Positions 53,142 to 63,700 of a stretch of 64,000 nt of DNA are shown piece after piece (within the stretch, counting starts at the first letter, position 1; each line of letters begins with the position of its first letter). Location of the stretch: the IMG/VR virus record IMGVR_UViG_3300045988_115450, positions 32,001 through 96,000 of that record; one strand, given 5' to 3'. The stretch comes from a virus. The position numbers were made by a program, and so were the translations under genes. Under the pieces are notes generated by a model. It saw nothing but the letters and a program-made list of their open reading frames with translations. It searched no databases and was not told the DNA's origin.

Positions 53142-54126
53142 TTTAAGCAATTACAAGCGCCGTCTATCCTATTTAAAAGACCCTCCAAGAGAGCGTTGGT
53201 TAAAGAATACGCAGAGCTGGATTAACAGTAAACTGCCAAACTCGTTGTCATTTCAGACTGCGGTTATTGATGGAGAAGAACGTAAGTGCGCTATTACCAG
53301 CACACAAAAGCTCAGGGAAAAAAACATTCATACTATGCCTGGCGAGACAATCTTTGCTGGTACATATGTAGAGTGGGCTAACAGTGTCTGGCTTATTACG
53401 TCCGTTGATGAATACAGCGAAGTGTATCAGACAGGGTTAATGGTACAGTGTAACTATAACCTGAAATGGGTTAACCCAAGCGGCGAAGTAGTATCTCGTA
53501 TGGTCATCGCTATCGACGGCACGAAGTATCTGACCGGCGAATACTCCCAGCAGTTTGTCACTGTTGGTGACGCCAGAATGCAGGTCACGATGCCGAGAGA
53601 TGACGAGACTGCTTTGATAGATCGCGATGACAGGTTCTTGATTGATGACCCGAAAGCGGAAGATATTCAGGCGTTTGAAGTTACTAAGCTAAATAGAGCT
53701 AGTAGCGTTTATAACGGACATGGTATCTATGTTCATATGCTGGTTGAGAGTCCGCGTAATGACGAAGTTGATAATTACGATCTAATGATTGCTAATTATT
53801 ACGACCGAATTAAAAAGCCTGACGCACCTAAGCCGGATCCGACAAAAGACCATATTGAGATTATTGGTCTTAATAATGAGTTTGTTTATACTGGTTCCAA
53901 GAACTCTTTTGTTGCTTACGTTTATATTGACGGAGAGATTGTAAATGAACAGGTTACGTATTCTGTTAATTGCGAGTCAAATGTTGCGTCGGTAGCGCTA
54001 ACAGGTGATCAATCTATCCTGTCTGTTGGTAAGAATAGAAGTAATATAGGTAAGAAGTTTGTTCTGACTATCACATATGGTGAGTTAGAAACAAAGAAAG
54101 AATTTACAGTAAAGGGGTGGTCATAA
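53122..54126 (+). CDS. structural-module protein (334 aa)
   Basis: ORF track; position. Confidence 0.5.
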   Translation: MVVLLSSLSNYKRRLSYLKDPPRERWLKNTQSWINSKLPNSLSFQTAVIDGEERKCAITSTQKLREKNIHTMPGETIFAGTYVEWANSVWLITSVDEYSEVYQTGLMVQCNYNLKWVNPSGEVVSRMVIAIDGTKYLTGEYSQQFVTVGDARMQVTMPRDDETALIDRDDRFLIDDPKAEDIQAFEVTKLNRASSVYNGHGIYVHMLVESPRNDEVDNYDLMIANYYDRIKKPDAPKPDPTKDHIEIIGLNNEFVYTGSKNSFVAYVYIDGEIVNEQVTYSVNCESNVASVALTGDQSILSVGKNRSNIGKKFVLTITYGELETKKEFTVKGWS

Positions 54127-54614
54127 TGGGTTTATTGTATCCAGCACGTGTGTGCAAAGACAAAGCGATTGAGTGTATCCTGTCTTCTCAAAAGATTGTT
54201 GACCTGCTTGGCGACGATGAATTTAAGACTGCCCCAGCTCCTGGCCTTCTGTACAAGAAGGTCTTTCCTTTTGCTCGTATTCCTGAGACGATCGATATCG
54301 CGGCTCCATACATTTGCTGCGAGACGAACATCACAAATATCAGCAGCGACACTGTGTGTGACGTCGAACTTATGATTTTTGTTACCTGCCATACAAGCAT
54401 GATACAAGGTGAATTTGGAACTCTTGTCGATATGATTGCTGATGAGATTGACAACGAGATCAATCATAAACACGGGTTTGGTATCGGGAAGGTAACACCT
54501 TCAGAGCGATACCCAGTCGGATATGTTCTGCCGAACTACAACTATATCACGAGAAAGGTAGTGTACCTGTTTAAAGATTTCAACTTTAGACACGGGGCAA
54601 AAAATTATGGTTGA
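54126..54614 (+). CDS. putative tail-completion / neck protein (162 aa)
   Basis: Track ORF starts at 54117; ATG at 54126; position only. Confidence 0.45.
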   Translation: MGLLYPARVCKDKAIECILSSQKIVDLLGDDEFKTAPAPGLLYKKVFPFARIPETIDIAAPYICCETNITNISSDTVCDVELMIFVTCHTSMIQGEFGTLVDMIADEIDNEINHKHGFGIGKVTPSERYPVGYVLPNYNYITRKVVYLFKDFNFRHGAKNYG

Positions 54615-55356
54615 TTCCTTTACAAAACTGGAGCTGAACTATACAGGATCTTTGCCGGTAAAAGGGGTTGGTCACATACGCTGCCCTACTACCAATGAGA
54701 TCGTGGAGGCTGGCGGTGAGGACGTATACAACTGGCGAATCGGTATGCTTTTATATACGAAGTCTCAACTAGCAGATAACTTAAACATAGAGTTAACACC
54801 GGATGTCGTAGAAGAGTTAAACTCCACTCCCCTCTTTTTGTTCTTAGTTGCGCAACAAGATTTTCGTAATGCAATTACAGAAGCGTTGTCATTCTTTCTA
54901 GATGAACGTCTTGTGTTTGATGAGCCGTCGGCGTCTTTTCTGACGTTACGTCCAGGCGTAGATGATATTGTCGGGAATATCAATTGCAGCAACTATGAGC
55001 AGGTGCGAGATTTAATTTTGCAACGTAATTATATGTCTCCTCCAAAAGAAGGGGTTGTTAAAAAGAAGAGTAAGAAAGAGCTAGAACGTGAAGCAAAGAT
55101 AGCGGCAGGTAGAAAGAGATCCAAGAAATATAAGGACAGGCAGGATGCTATGCGGCTAGACAACGTTACATCTAAGTTAGCAGCAAGATCACACTCGATG
55201 AACATTCAAGACGTTTACAACTTAACAGTGTATCAACTGTACGATCAATTTAATGAAATCAACATGTCCCTACAGATTGACACCATCCTTACGCGCTGGA
55301 GCGTATGGGGCAAAGATGACTTTGACTTCTCTGTTTGGTGTCGCCCGAATGAGTGA
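54607..55356 (+). CDS. structural-module protein (249 aa)
   Basis: ORF track; position. Confidence 0.5.
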   Translation: MVDSFTKLELNYTGSLPVKGVGHIRCPTTNEIVEAGGEDVYNWRIGMLLYTKSQLADNLNIELTPDVVEELNSTPLFLFLVAQQDFRNAITEALSFFLDERLVFDEPSASFLTLRPGVDDIVGNINCSNYEQVRDLILQRNYMSPPKEGVVKKKSKKELEREAKIAAGRKRSKKYKDRQDAMRLDNVTSKLAARSHSMNIQDVYNLTVYQLYDQFNEINMSLQIDTILTRWSVWGKDDFDFSVWCRPNE

Positions 55357-55364
55357 CATTTGCT

Positions 55365-55391
55365 AACCGCCATAATGGCGGTTTTATTTTT
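55365..55391 (+). terminator. rho-independent terminator
   Basis: AACCGCC-ataat-GGCGGTT followed by a T-rich run. Confidence 0.75.
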
Positions 55392-55414
55392 ATATTTAAT
55401 AGGAGGAATAAAAC

Positions 55415-56155
55415 ATGGGCGTTCCTAAGATGGCGAACCGTGAGGTTTGCAACGTGCTTTTTTGTGAATATAAGACTAAGAAGCCTTTTCTGAATATGGA
55501 CTATGCGAACGTGTCCACCGCCGAAATGACTGGTGAATCCGTTTATGCTTATGGTGGCTGGGGCCATCCCAAGCGTGTCACTTTCTTCGGTGAACGTGGC
55601 GGCACTATCAGCTTTGAAACTCAGATCACTCCGTTCGATCTGTATTCTCTGATGACTGGTGGGGACATTGAGTCCGGCGCAAACTGGCTGAAGCGCGAAG
55701 TGGTTGCTGCAACTGAAGCTGGTAAGCTGACTGTTACCAGCAAGACTGCAACTACCGCAACTGTGTTTAAGGCTGATGATGATTGTGGCACTGCAATCAG
55801 CGGCGCTCTGTCAAATGGCACCTTTACTGCTAGCGAGACTAGCGGCATTGCTATTGGCGATAAGTGCGTTGTTTATTACATGGAAGAGCTGACTTCTGCA
55901 CAAAAGATCTCTATCAAGTCTACCACCTTCCCCAAGTATTTCACTGCTTACATGGAAACTAAGGATAAGACTGAGGCCGGTGAAGATGTCTGGCTCCGTA
56001 TGATTGCTTGGAAGTGCGCACCTCAGACTGACTTTACTCTGGAGATGTCTAACAACGGCGATCCCGCAAGCGTTACCATTACCTGTGACCTGATGGTCGA
56101 TACCGAAAACGATAACAACATCCTGGATATGATCATGCTGGACGAGAACGAATAA
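55415..56155 (+). CDS. major tail protein (246 aa)
   Basis: Own RBS, flanked by terminators (high-expression unit), upstream of the chaperones and tape measure gene. Confidence 0.65.
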   Translation: MGVPKMANREVCNVLFCEYKTKKPFLNMDYANVSTAEMTGESVYAYGGWGHPKRVTFFGERGGTISFETQITPFDLYSLMTGGDIESGANWLKREVVAATEAGKLTVTSKTATTATVFKADDDCGTAISGALSNGTFTASETSGIAIGDKCVVYYMEELTSAQKISIKSTTFPKYFTAYMETKDKTEAGEDVWLRMIAWKCAPQTDFTLEMSNNGDPASVTITCDLMVDTENDNNILDMIMLDENE

Positions 56156-56179
56156 TCGGATTCTATCCATACCTATTCT

Positions 56180-56211
56180 AGGGGTACGGAATACTCCGTA
56201 CCCCTATTTTT
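56180..56211 (+). terminator. rho-independent terminator after the major tail gene
   Basis: AGGGGTACGGA-atac-TCCGTACCCCT followed by ATTTTT. Confidence 0.8.
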
Positions 56212-56226
56212 AACCTAGGAGGAAAT

Positions 56227-56700
56227 ATGCGTATACTCGCGTTAGATCAGGCGACTGCTATTAGCGGGTACGCCGTATTGGAAGATGGCGTCTATATTGA
56301 GTCGGGCGTTATTGATTTGAGCAAAGACAAGGATTCTGAAAGACGGATTGGATATATGATGACTAGTCTTTGCTACATTATAACGACTTCAAATACAGAC
56401 CTAGTGGTGTTTGAGGACATACAAAAACAAGTAAACGTAATCACATACAAATCTTTAGCTCGGATACAAGGAGCAATTATGGCGTGGTGCTATTACCACG
56501 ACGTCGAGTTCTATTGCACCTTGCCGACGGCCTGGAGAAAGAAATTAGGTTTTCATCAAGGAAAGGGCGTCAAGAGCAAAGAGTTAAAACAGCAGGCGAT
56601 TGCCTACGTAAAGGACAAATTAGATAAAGATGTTGGGCCGGACGAAGCAGACGCGATTTGTATCGGGTTGTCACATTTTGCTACGCCGTCTAACGAATGA
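56227..56700 (+). CDS. ruvC: RuvC-like Holliday junction resolvase (157 aa)
   Basis: MRILALDQATAISGYAV (Asp I), VVFEDIQ (Glu), EADAICIG (C-terminal Asp): the RNase H-fold DEDD order. Confidence 0.75.
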   Translation: MRILALDQATAISGYAVLEDGVYIESGVIDLSKDKDSERRIGYMMTSLCYIITTSNTDLVVFEDIQKQVNVITYKSLARIQGAIMAWCYYHDVEFYCTLPTAWRKKLGFHQGKGVKSKELKQQAIAYVKDKLDKDVGPDEADAICIGLSHFATPSNE

Positions 56701-56710
56701 AAGGGTAATT

Positions 56711-57349
56711 ATGAGTAAAAAAGAAAACAAGCGCATCAGTGTTGATGCTTTAAATAAATACTTTAAAGGGCAAGATAATTCAGCTAACGAGACGGCTATT
56801 GAGATTGGCGATGAGGTTGTGTTCCATGTTAAAAAGAATATTACTGCGAATCAGTTTGTTGCAGCCGTAGCGGCTGGCGTTGATTCTTGTTTTGATGACG
56901 ATGAATATCTCCCATGGCTTAAAGATATTGCGTACATGCACGCTGTACTAGTCGCGTTTACCGATATTGACCTTGATGATGCGGACGCAGAATCAGAATT
57001 TTTTCTTGTCACCGTAACAGATGTTTATGACAAAGTGCTTGATAATGTAAGTGAGAATCAGCTATTCATTTTTGAGAATGCGTTTGAGGAGCAGCTGCAA
57101 GCGCGGATTAACAAGATCAATAGCACAAGAGAAAGAGAGCTAAATGAAGCTCTATCAATGCTAAAGTTCGTTACTCAGAAATACAACGAGGTGTCCCTTG
57201 TGTTTAAGGAGGTTATGGGCAGCGATCTGTCTGAAATCATTTCTGTCTTTTCAAAGAACGCTGAGTCTTTAAAGGCAAGTGTTGGTGCGCTAGCAGAAAA
57301 TTTTAGCAAGTATGTAGCTGAACAAGGTGATAATGGTGATAGTGTTTGA
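56711..57349 (+). CDS. putative tail assembly chaperone (212 aa)
   Basis: Track ORF is 56630..57349. Trimmed to MSKKENKR... Acidic; position upstream of the tape measure gene. Confidence 0.5.
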   Translation: MSKKENKRISVDALNKYFKGQDNSANETAIEIGDEVVFHVKKNITANQFVAAVAAGVDSCFDDDEYLPWLKDIAYMHAVLVAFTDIDLDDADAESEFFLVTVTDVYDKVLDNVSENQLFIFENAFEEQLQARINKINSTRERELNEALSMLKFVTQKYNEVSLVFKEVMGSDLSEIISVFSKNAESLKASVGALAENFSKYVAEQGDNGDSV

Positions 57350-57755
57350 TAGCATTGCAGCCCTTGAAGCACACATAATGGAAGAGCTTAGAGACGTCGT
57401 ACATAACGAAATCCCAACTATGGTGGATGATATTATAAAGGAACATATCAACTCGGACGTCTATTCGTACAATCCTGAATGGTATACACGCAGAGGTATG
57501 ATGCAGTCCGGAGCGAACCTAAAACATTACGAAGGGGATCTGTCTCTCTTAGTAACAGATGAGACTCCAGGTAACACGCCAGTGTTCCCCGGCTATCAAC
57601 CGTCTGGCACAGACCTAAGCTTCATTATAAATACAGGCGCACAAGGAAATGGGAATGGTATGTGGAGAAGAGCGTTTGCCAGACCTTACATAGATAATGC
57701 ACAAAAGGACGTCGATGCTAAAGTCATCGACGTCCTTCATTCTAAATTTGGATAA
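57327..57755 (+). CDS. hypothetical protein (142 aa) between chaperone and tape measure
   Basis: ORF track; overlaps the previous gene by 23 nt. Confidence 0.5.
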   Translation: MIMVIVFDSIAALEAHIMEELRDVVHNEIPTMVDDIIKEHINSDVYSYNPEWYTRRGMMQSGANLKHYEGDLSLLVTDETPGNTPVFPGYQPSGTDLSFIINTGAQGNGNGMWRRAFARPYIDNAQKDVDAKVIDVLHSKFG

Positions 57756-57773
57756 TATCAAGGTGGTGAGATC

Positions 57774-60700
57774 GTGGCGGAAGAATTTGGCGTAAAGGTA
57801 AAACTTATACCTGAGTTTGATAGTAATGCTTTAAAGACTGCTGCCAGTGCGGCTGCTGGAAAGAATAGTATGCAGGTAAATCTCCTGCCCGTAATTGATA
57901 CTAAGGGACTACAGAATGCCGTCAACGCCGCAGCAAAAAATCTAGTTCTGAACATAGATGATGTAAAGATCAACGGCAAGAATAGTCGAGGCGGCGGAGG
58001 AGGTTCTGGCAGCAGTGGTAATTCCGGAAGAAAGAAGTCATCCGCTACTAGTATCGAGCCTCTTGTCAAGTATTATAAAAATCTTGTAGATTACATTCGG
58101 AAGAACCCCTCCATACAGAGCGACAGTGACCTTTCTCAGAGGCTTTCTACTCAGAAAGAGGAATTAGCTAAATTAGTCCGCTCTGTGATTCAGGATGGAG
58201 TTTATAACGGAAAGGAATTCTCTAAAAGAAAAAATAGCGTTGCCGCCATTCAAAACGAGGCTCGTGAATCTGGTCTAGAAGATACATCTGTGGCGAATAG
58301 AGAAGCGGACAGGCTGCAGAAACAAATTGACTCAATGCGGAACTCCTTGTCTAAGCTTGGGGCTTCGCCGTCAGATACGGCGAATATTAGTTCACAATTG
58401 GCAGCGGCAGAGGATAAGGTTAGCCAGCTAAGAGACCTTGGCACCGAGTCGGCTGAGTCTTTTGGAAAAATTAAGGCTGAAGCAGAAAGTTCTATTGCCG
58501 CCGCTAAAGGGGCAATGGATGGACTCTCCGCCTCAGTTAAAGATACGTCTAGCGATTTAGTTCCCGTATATAACCTTTTAAAAAAAATATCCAGCATGGA
58601 TCAACCGAAGAAGCTGTCGTTGCTGGATGATGCTGATGTTAATGACCTAAAATCTTATAAGGCGCAGCTTGAGTCAATCATTGAAGCTGGGTCGTACAAT
58701 AAGTCGGATTTGAAGAAAATCATCTCTGGCATTGCGGGGATAGACTATAGGCAGAGCAACGCCGGGACCGGCTTCAAATCAGAAGTCCTTTCTATAGCGC
58801 AAGGCGTGACGGCTTCTGAAGCAATTCAGGGTGCTTTTAATAAGGCGAAACAAGTTGCCACGGAGATGGTTGGCGCTGTCAAAGACATCAACGACGCGCT
58901 AACTCAGCTTACCATTGTCACCGGAAAGAGTGGCTCAGAACTCGACTCGTTCTTCCAGAGGGCGGCAGACTCAGCATATAATATGGGGCACAGTGTCACA
59001 GAAGTTCTTGGGTCTGTCGAAACATTCACCCGTCTTGGCTATGGATTAGAAGACGCCTCTACTCTTGCTGATGCTGCAACTATCATGTCAAATGTTGCCG
59101 ACACGACAGTGAGTGCGTCAACGACTGGTTTAACTTCTATTATTAAGGGCTACGGTCTTGAAGCTTCTGATGCCACTCGTGTTTCTGACGTTTTGGCTAA
59201 AGTCGGTAAAGATTATGCTATTAGCGCAGAAGAACTAATGACTGCTCTGGAGCGTGGTGGTGCGGCTCTTAACGTAGCTAACACATCCTTCGAAGAATCT
59301 GTTGCCCTCGCGGCAGCCGGAAACGCCGCAATTCAGGACCCAATTAAAACGGGCACAGCTTTAAAAACAATGTCCGCAAGAATCCGCACATCTAAGCCTG
59401 AACTCGAAGAACTCGGTGAAGACTACGACGACGTTGCGACATCCGCTGCAAAATATCGCGCAGAAATTAAAGCGTTGTCTGGCGTTGATATTATGGAAAA
59501 CGCCACTACCTATAAGTCGATTTACGATATCATGGTAGAGATTGCAAGCGTTTGGGATAAGATGTCTGATACAGACCAGGCAGCATTGCTTGAGCGCATC
59601 GCTGGTAAGAATCAGTCCAACGTTGTTGCTGGCATTATCACTAACCTAAAGGACTTGACTGGCGCTTATGACGAAGCGCTGAGTGCTTCCGGAGAAACTG
59701 AAGCAGCTAATGAGGTCGTTATGGACTCAATCTCCGGTAAGGTTGGTCAGTTTAAAGAGCAGTTTGAAGAGCTATCTTACAACACTATAAATTCTGATCT
59801 CGTAAAAGGCGTAGTGTCTGGTGGCACTGGTGTTTTAGGATTTCTGAATAAAGCGATTGAATTATTCCATCAATTAGGCCCGGCTGCAACGGGCGTTGAA
59901 ACTATACTGGCCGGAATTGCTGGCGTGAAGCTATTTAAAGGCGGCGCAGATATTCTAAAGCAATTAGCTACCGGAGCTGCAAAAGACTCCTTCTCAGGTA
60001 TCGTCGCAGGAAAAACATTAGATAGTGTTAACAAAGCTAAGAGTGCGATCAGTGGTTTGTGGGGCGTCATATCTGCTCATCCAGTGGCCGCCGCTGCTAC
60101 TGCTGTTGGTGCGTTGGCCGCAGCTTTCGGTGTTGCCGCTATGAAGGCAGAATCCCTTGGTGGTAAGATCGAGCAATTCAAAGCGGACTCTGAAGCGTAT
60201 AAATCCGCTCAAAATAATGTTGATAATGTACGAACTCAGATAGAAGCGAATCAAAAAATCATTGATAATATTAGAAGTCAAGGGTATGTAAATCTCACAG
60301 ACGAAGGTACAGTTGCTAAACTCCAGAGAGAAAACGAAGAGCTAGAAAGAACGCTCATTCTGAAGCAGGAGATCGCTAATCGGCAAAAAGCTACTCTGTA
60401 CAGCGATAGTGTGAACGCACTCACGACTGAGAGCAATTTCTTTGATTTCGTTAAAGGCGACGGATTATATCAAGGTACTCTGACAGAGCAACTCCAGCAG
60501 GCAACAAAAGCATACGAGGATACCTTAAAAGTAAAAGAAAAATACGAGTCTGAACTGGCTGACCCCGACTTAGGTAGTTATGAGAAAAAACAAATTGAGG
60601 GAAAACTCGAAGGAGTTAATGAGGCACTTGGTACTACCAGCGAAACTATTTCTGAAAAATACGCTTCCCTCTTCGATATAATTTCTAATTTTGAACCTAA

Positions 60701-63700
60701 GACGGCGTATGACAAACAGCTTGTGGCGGATGCAGAAAAGGCTCTCAATGAAACGACACAGATGTTTGACCGCACCGCTGGGAAAACGATTCCGGAAATT
60801 ATAGGCGAAGGTTTTTCTTCTGGCGGCGCTTTGGAATCACTTGTTGACGAATTCTACAACCTTGGTGATGCTGGAGATGTAACATCGCAATCTATACAAG
60901 CTCTAGCAAATGAATTTCCTGAGTTAAACACGTTCATGCAAGCGCATGGTATTACAATTCAAGATCTCTGCAAGTATTACAACAATCTAACAGAAGCGAC
61001 AGACCGTGCCTTGTCCTCTGAAGAACAGTACGGGTATGTACTACAGGACGTAATCTCATTCGGAAAGAGTATGCAGAATTATCAGAATATGCCGAAGTCA
61101 TATTCTCCATATGACGAAACTGTAAAAGCATACGACAATGTAATGCAATACCAAAAGACTGGTATGACGGGGCTTGGTAACGATATGTACTGGGGCTTCA
61201 TGAAGGAAAATTTTGCAGGGTTCGATGATGTTAATATAAACAATATTGCGGAGAAAAGAAAAGAAGCCCAAAAGTTACTCAAAGAATTCGACTCAGTATA
61301 CAGAAATAGAGATGCGGATGGTAATTTAACTGCGTCCGGCGTACAAGCATTCTTCGACAAAATGAGTTCTGACAAAGATGTACAAAGCGTCTTGCAGAAG
61401 TACGGCGACTCTTTCACAAAAGATGAAAACGGAAATTATGACTGGAATATCCCGGTCAGCCATTTTAAAGAAGTAGCTGAAGCTATTGGCCTATCGACGG
61501 ATGGTTTCGAGTCTTTACTTGCCGCCGCAGGAAACTATATTGATATAGACTGGTCTGATGACGCTGGGATGACCTACCTGGAGCGAATCGCAAAATATTC
61601 CCAACAACTCGGAACCTCTATGCAGGATGGTTCAAAATACACGGTTGCTTCTTATGAGGCTGTAGCTAAAGCAGCAGAAGTTGCTGGGATGTCCGTCGAG
61701 GATTTTGCCAAGAAATATCAAGAATCCTATAACAAAATTCTTTATACAGATATAGGTGGAGGATATTTACAGGTAGATGAATCCGCTGTCAAAAGTGCCG
61801 CAAAATCAGAGAATAAAAGCGTAAATGATTATATCGCTCAGGTTGAAAAAGATAGCGGCAAGAAAATAGTCCTATCAGTAGGTGTTGACACTATAGATGC
61901 CGAAACGGGTATTGGAACTTTTGTTTCTGACGAGACTGGAAAGGTAATTTTTGTTTCTCCGGAAGTGGAACCTGGTGCAGTCGAGCGGATAAGAAAAGAA
62001 TTCGAAGGACAAAATGTTACTGTGCAAGTTCGGACTGAAACAGGTAGCGGGAAGATATATGCACCATCTTCTGATACGTCGAAACAAGGTGATGGATCGA
62101 AAGAAAACACTGTTAATACTAAAGTAACCGTCACCGGCGCAGAAGAAGCTACCCAAAAGGTTCATAATTACAATTCAGCGATAGACACAGCTAGTCGAAA
62201 GCCGAATGTAACTAAGACTATCACCACAAATTATGTCGAGAATCACACTGTTAACACCATCAGGAAGACAGCAGGGCCTAGCACGGGTAATTCGAATAGA
62301 TATAATGGGGCCTCTACTAGTATAAATAGAGCTAAATACTATATGGGTGCATCTCAGAGATTGAGAAGCAATGGCTCTAAAGCTAATGGCACTGCTTTTG
62401 CTCAAGGCACATCTGGTTTTTGGGGCGCTGGAGGCTCCGGTACTGCTTTAGGTGGTGAGGTCGGCCCAGAGTTGCTGGTAAGAGATGGTTCATTTTATGT
62501 GATCGGGCAGGACGGAGCAGAGTTCTTTGACTATCGTTCTCACGATATAATCTTTAACGCTGCGCAAACAGAGGAACTTTTTAAGAAAGGTCAGCTACGC
62601 GGCTCTGACACACGCGGCAAGACAGCTATGGCGGACGGTACTGCTTTTGCTGGCAGTACCACTGGCGGAAAGAAGAACTTTGGTAACCCGAACCCTGGTG
62701 TCCGTGGTAATAGCAGTTTGAAGTCAGGAGGCTCCTCTGGTTCCAGCAAGAAGTCAGGCGGGGGTAAAAAAAAGACTGGCGGCGGGAAGAAAAAAGGCGG
62801 AGGTAAAAAGAGAGGATCTGGCTCAAAGTCAGATGCCGAATTTTTCGATTGGGTCGAGGTTAAGCTTCAGCGGATTGAAGAAGCTATTGAGAAGATTGGT
62901 ATTGCAGCTGATAGCGTCTATGGTACAACAAAGACTCGAAATGACGCTTTAAGAGAGAGTATCAAAAAGCTCAATAGTGAAATCTCTTTGCAGGGTAAGG
63001 CGTATAATTACTACATTAAGAAGGCAAATTCTGTTGGCTTGAAAAAAGAGTATAAGAACAAAGTCCAGAATGGCGCGATTGATATTGATAAGATCTCCAA
63101 TAAGAAATTAAAAGAGAAAATCAGTCAGTATCAAGAGTGGTACAACAAAGCTCAGGATTGTAAGAAGCAAGTAGAGGAGCTTAAAGTTAGTGTCGGGGAT
63201 GCTTATAAAGAAATCTTTGACAATTACTCTAAGCGAGCACAGGAGACTCTTGACAGGCTTGAGGATCATCGTGACTCTATACAGGCGTTTATTGATCTTG
63301 CAGAAGAAGCTGGTTACAAAGCAAGTTCGAAGTATTATGAGGTTATGGTTGAGAGTGAAAGGAAGACTAGTGCGCGCCTCATCGAAAAGAGAAAAGGACT
63401 TGTAGAAAAACTGAATAAGGCAGTCGATTCAGGGTTCGTGCAGACTGGTTCTGAAGCATGGTACGAAATGCGTCACGAGATTGACCAGCTCACCACCTCT
63501 ATCATCGAGGCGGATGAAGCCATAAAGAAGTACCAGAACGAATTGAGACAACTGAGCTGGGATAAGTTTGACGACATGCAAGATGGTTTTTCAAAGCTAA
63601 CCGATGAAGCAGAATTCCTAATTGATTTAATGGGTGAGAAGGACTTGTTTGATGATAACGGCGCTATCACTAACGAGGGTATTGCTACACGGGCACTGCA

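Noticed and set aside
56711-57755. Programmed -1 frameshift joining the two ORFs upstream of the tape measure gene (G/GT-type chaperones)
   Set aside because: The ORFs overlap by 23 nt, as expected for such a pair. I could not find a convincing slippery heptamer in the overlap (GGTGATAATGGTGATAGTGTTTGA), so the call is left open rather than asserted.
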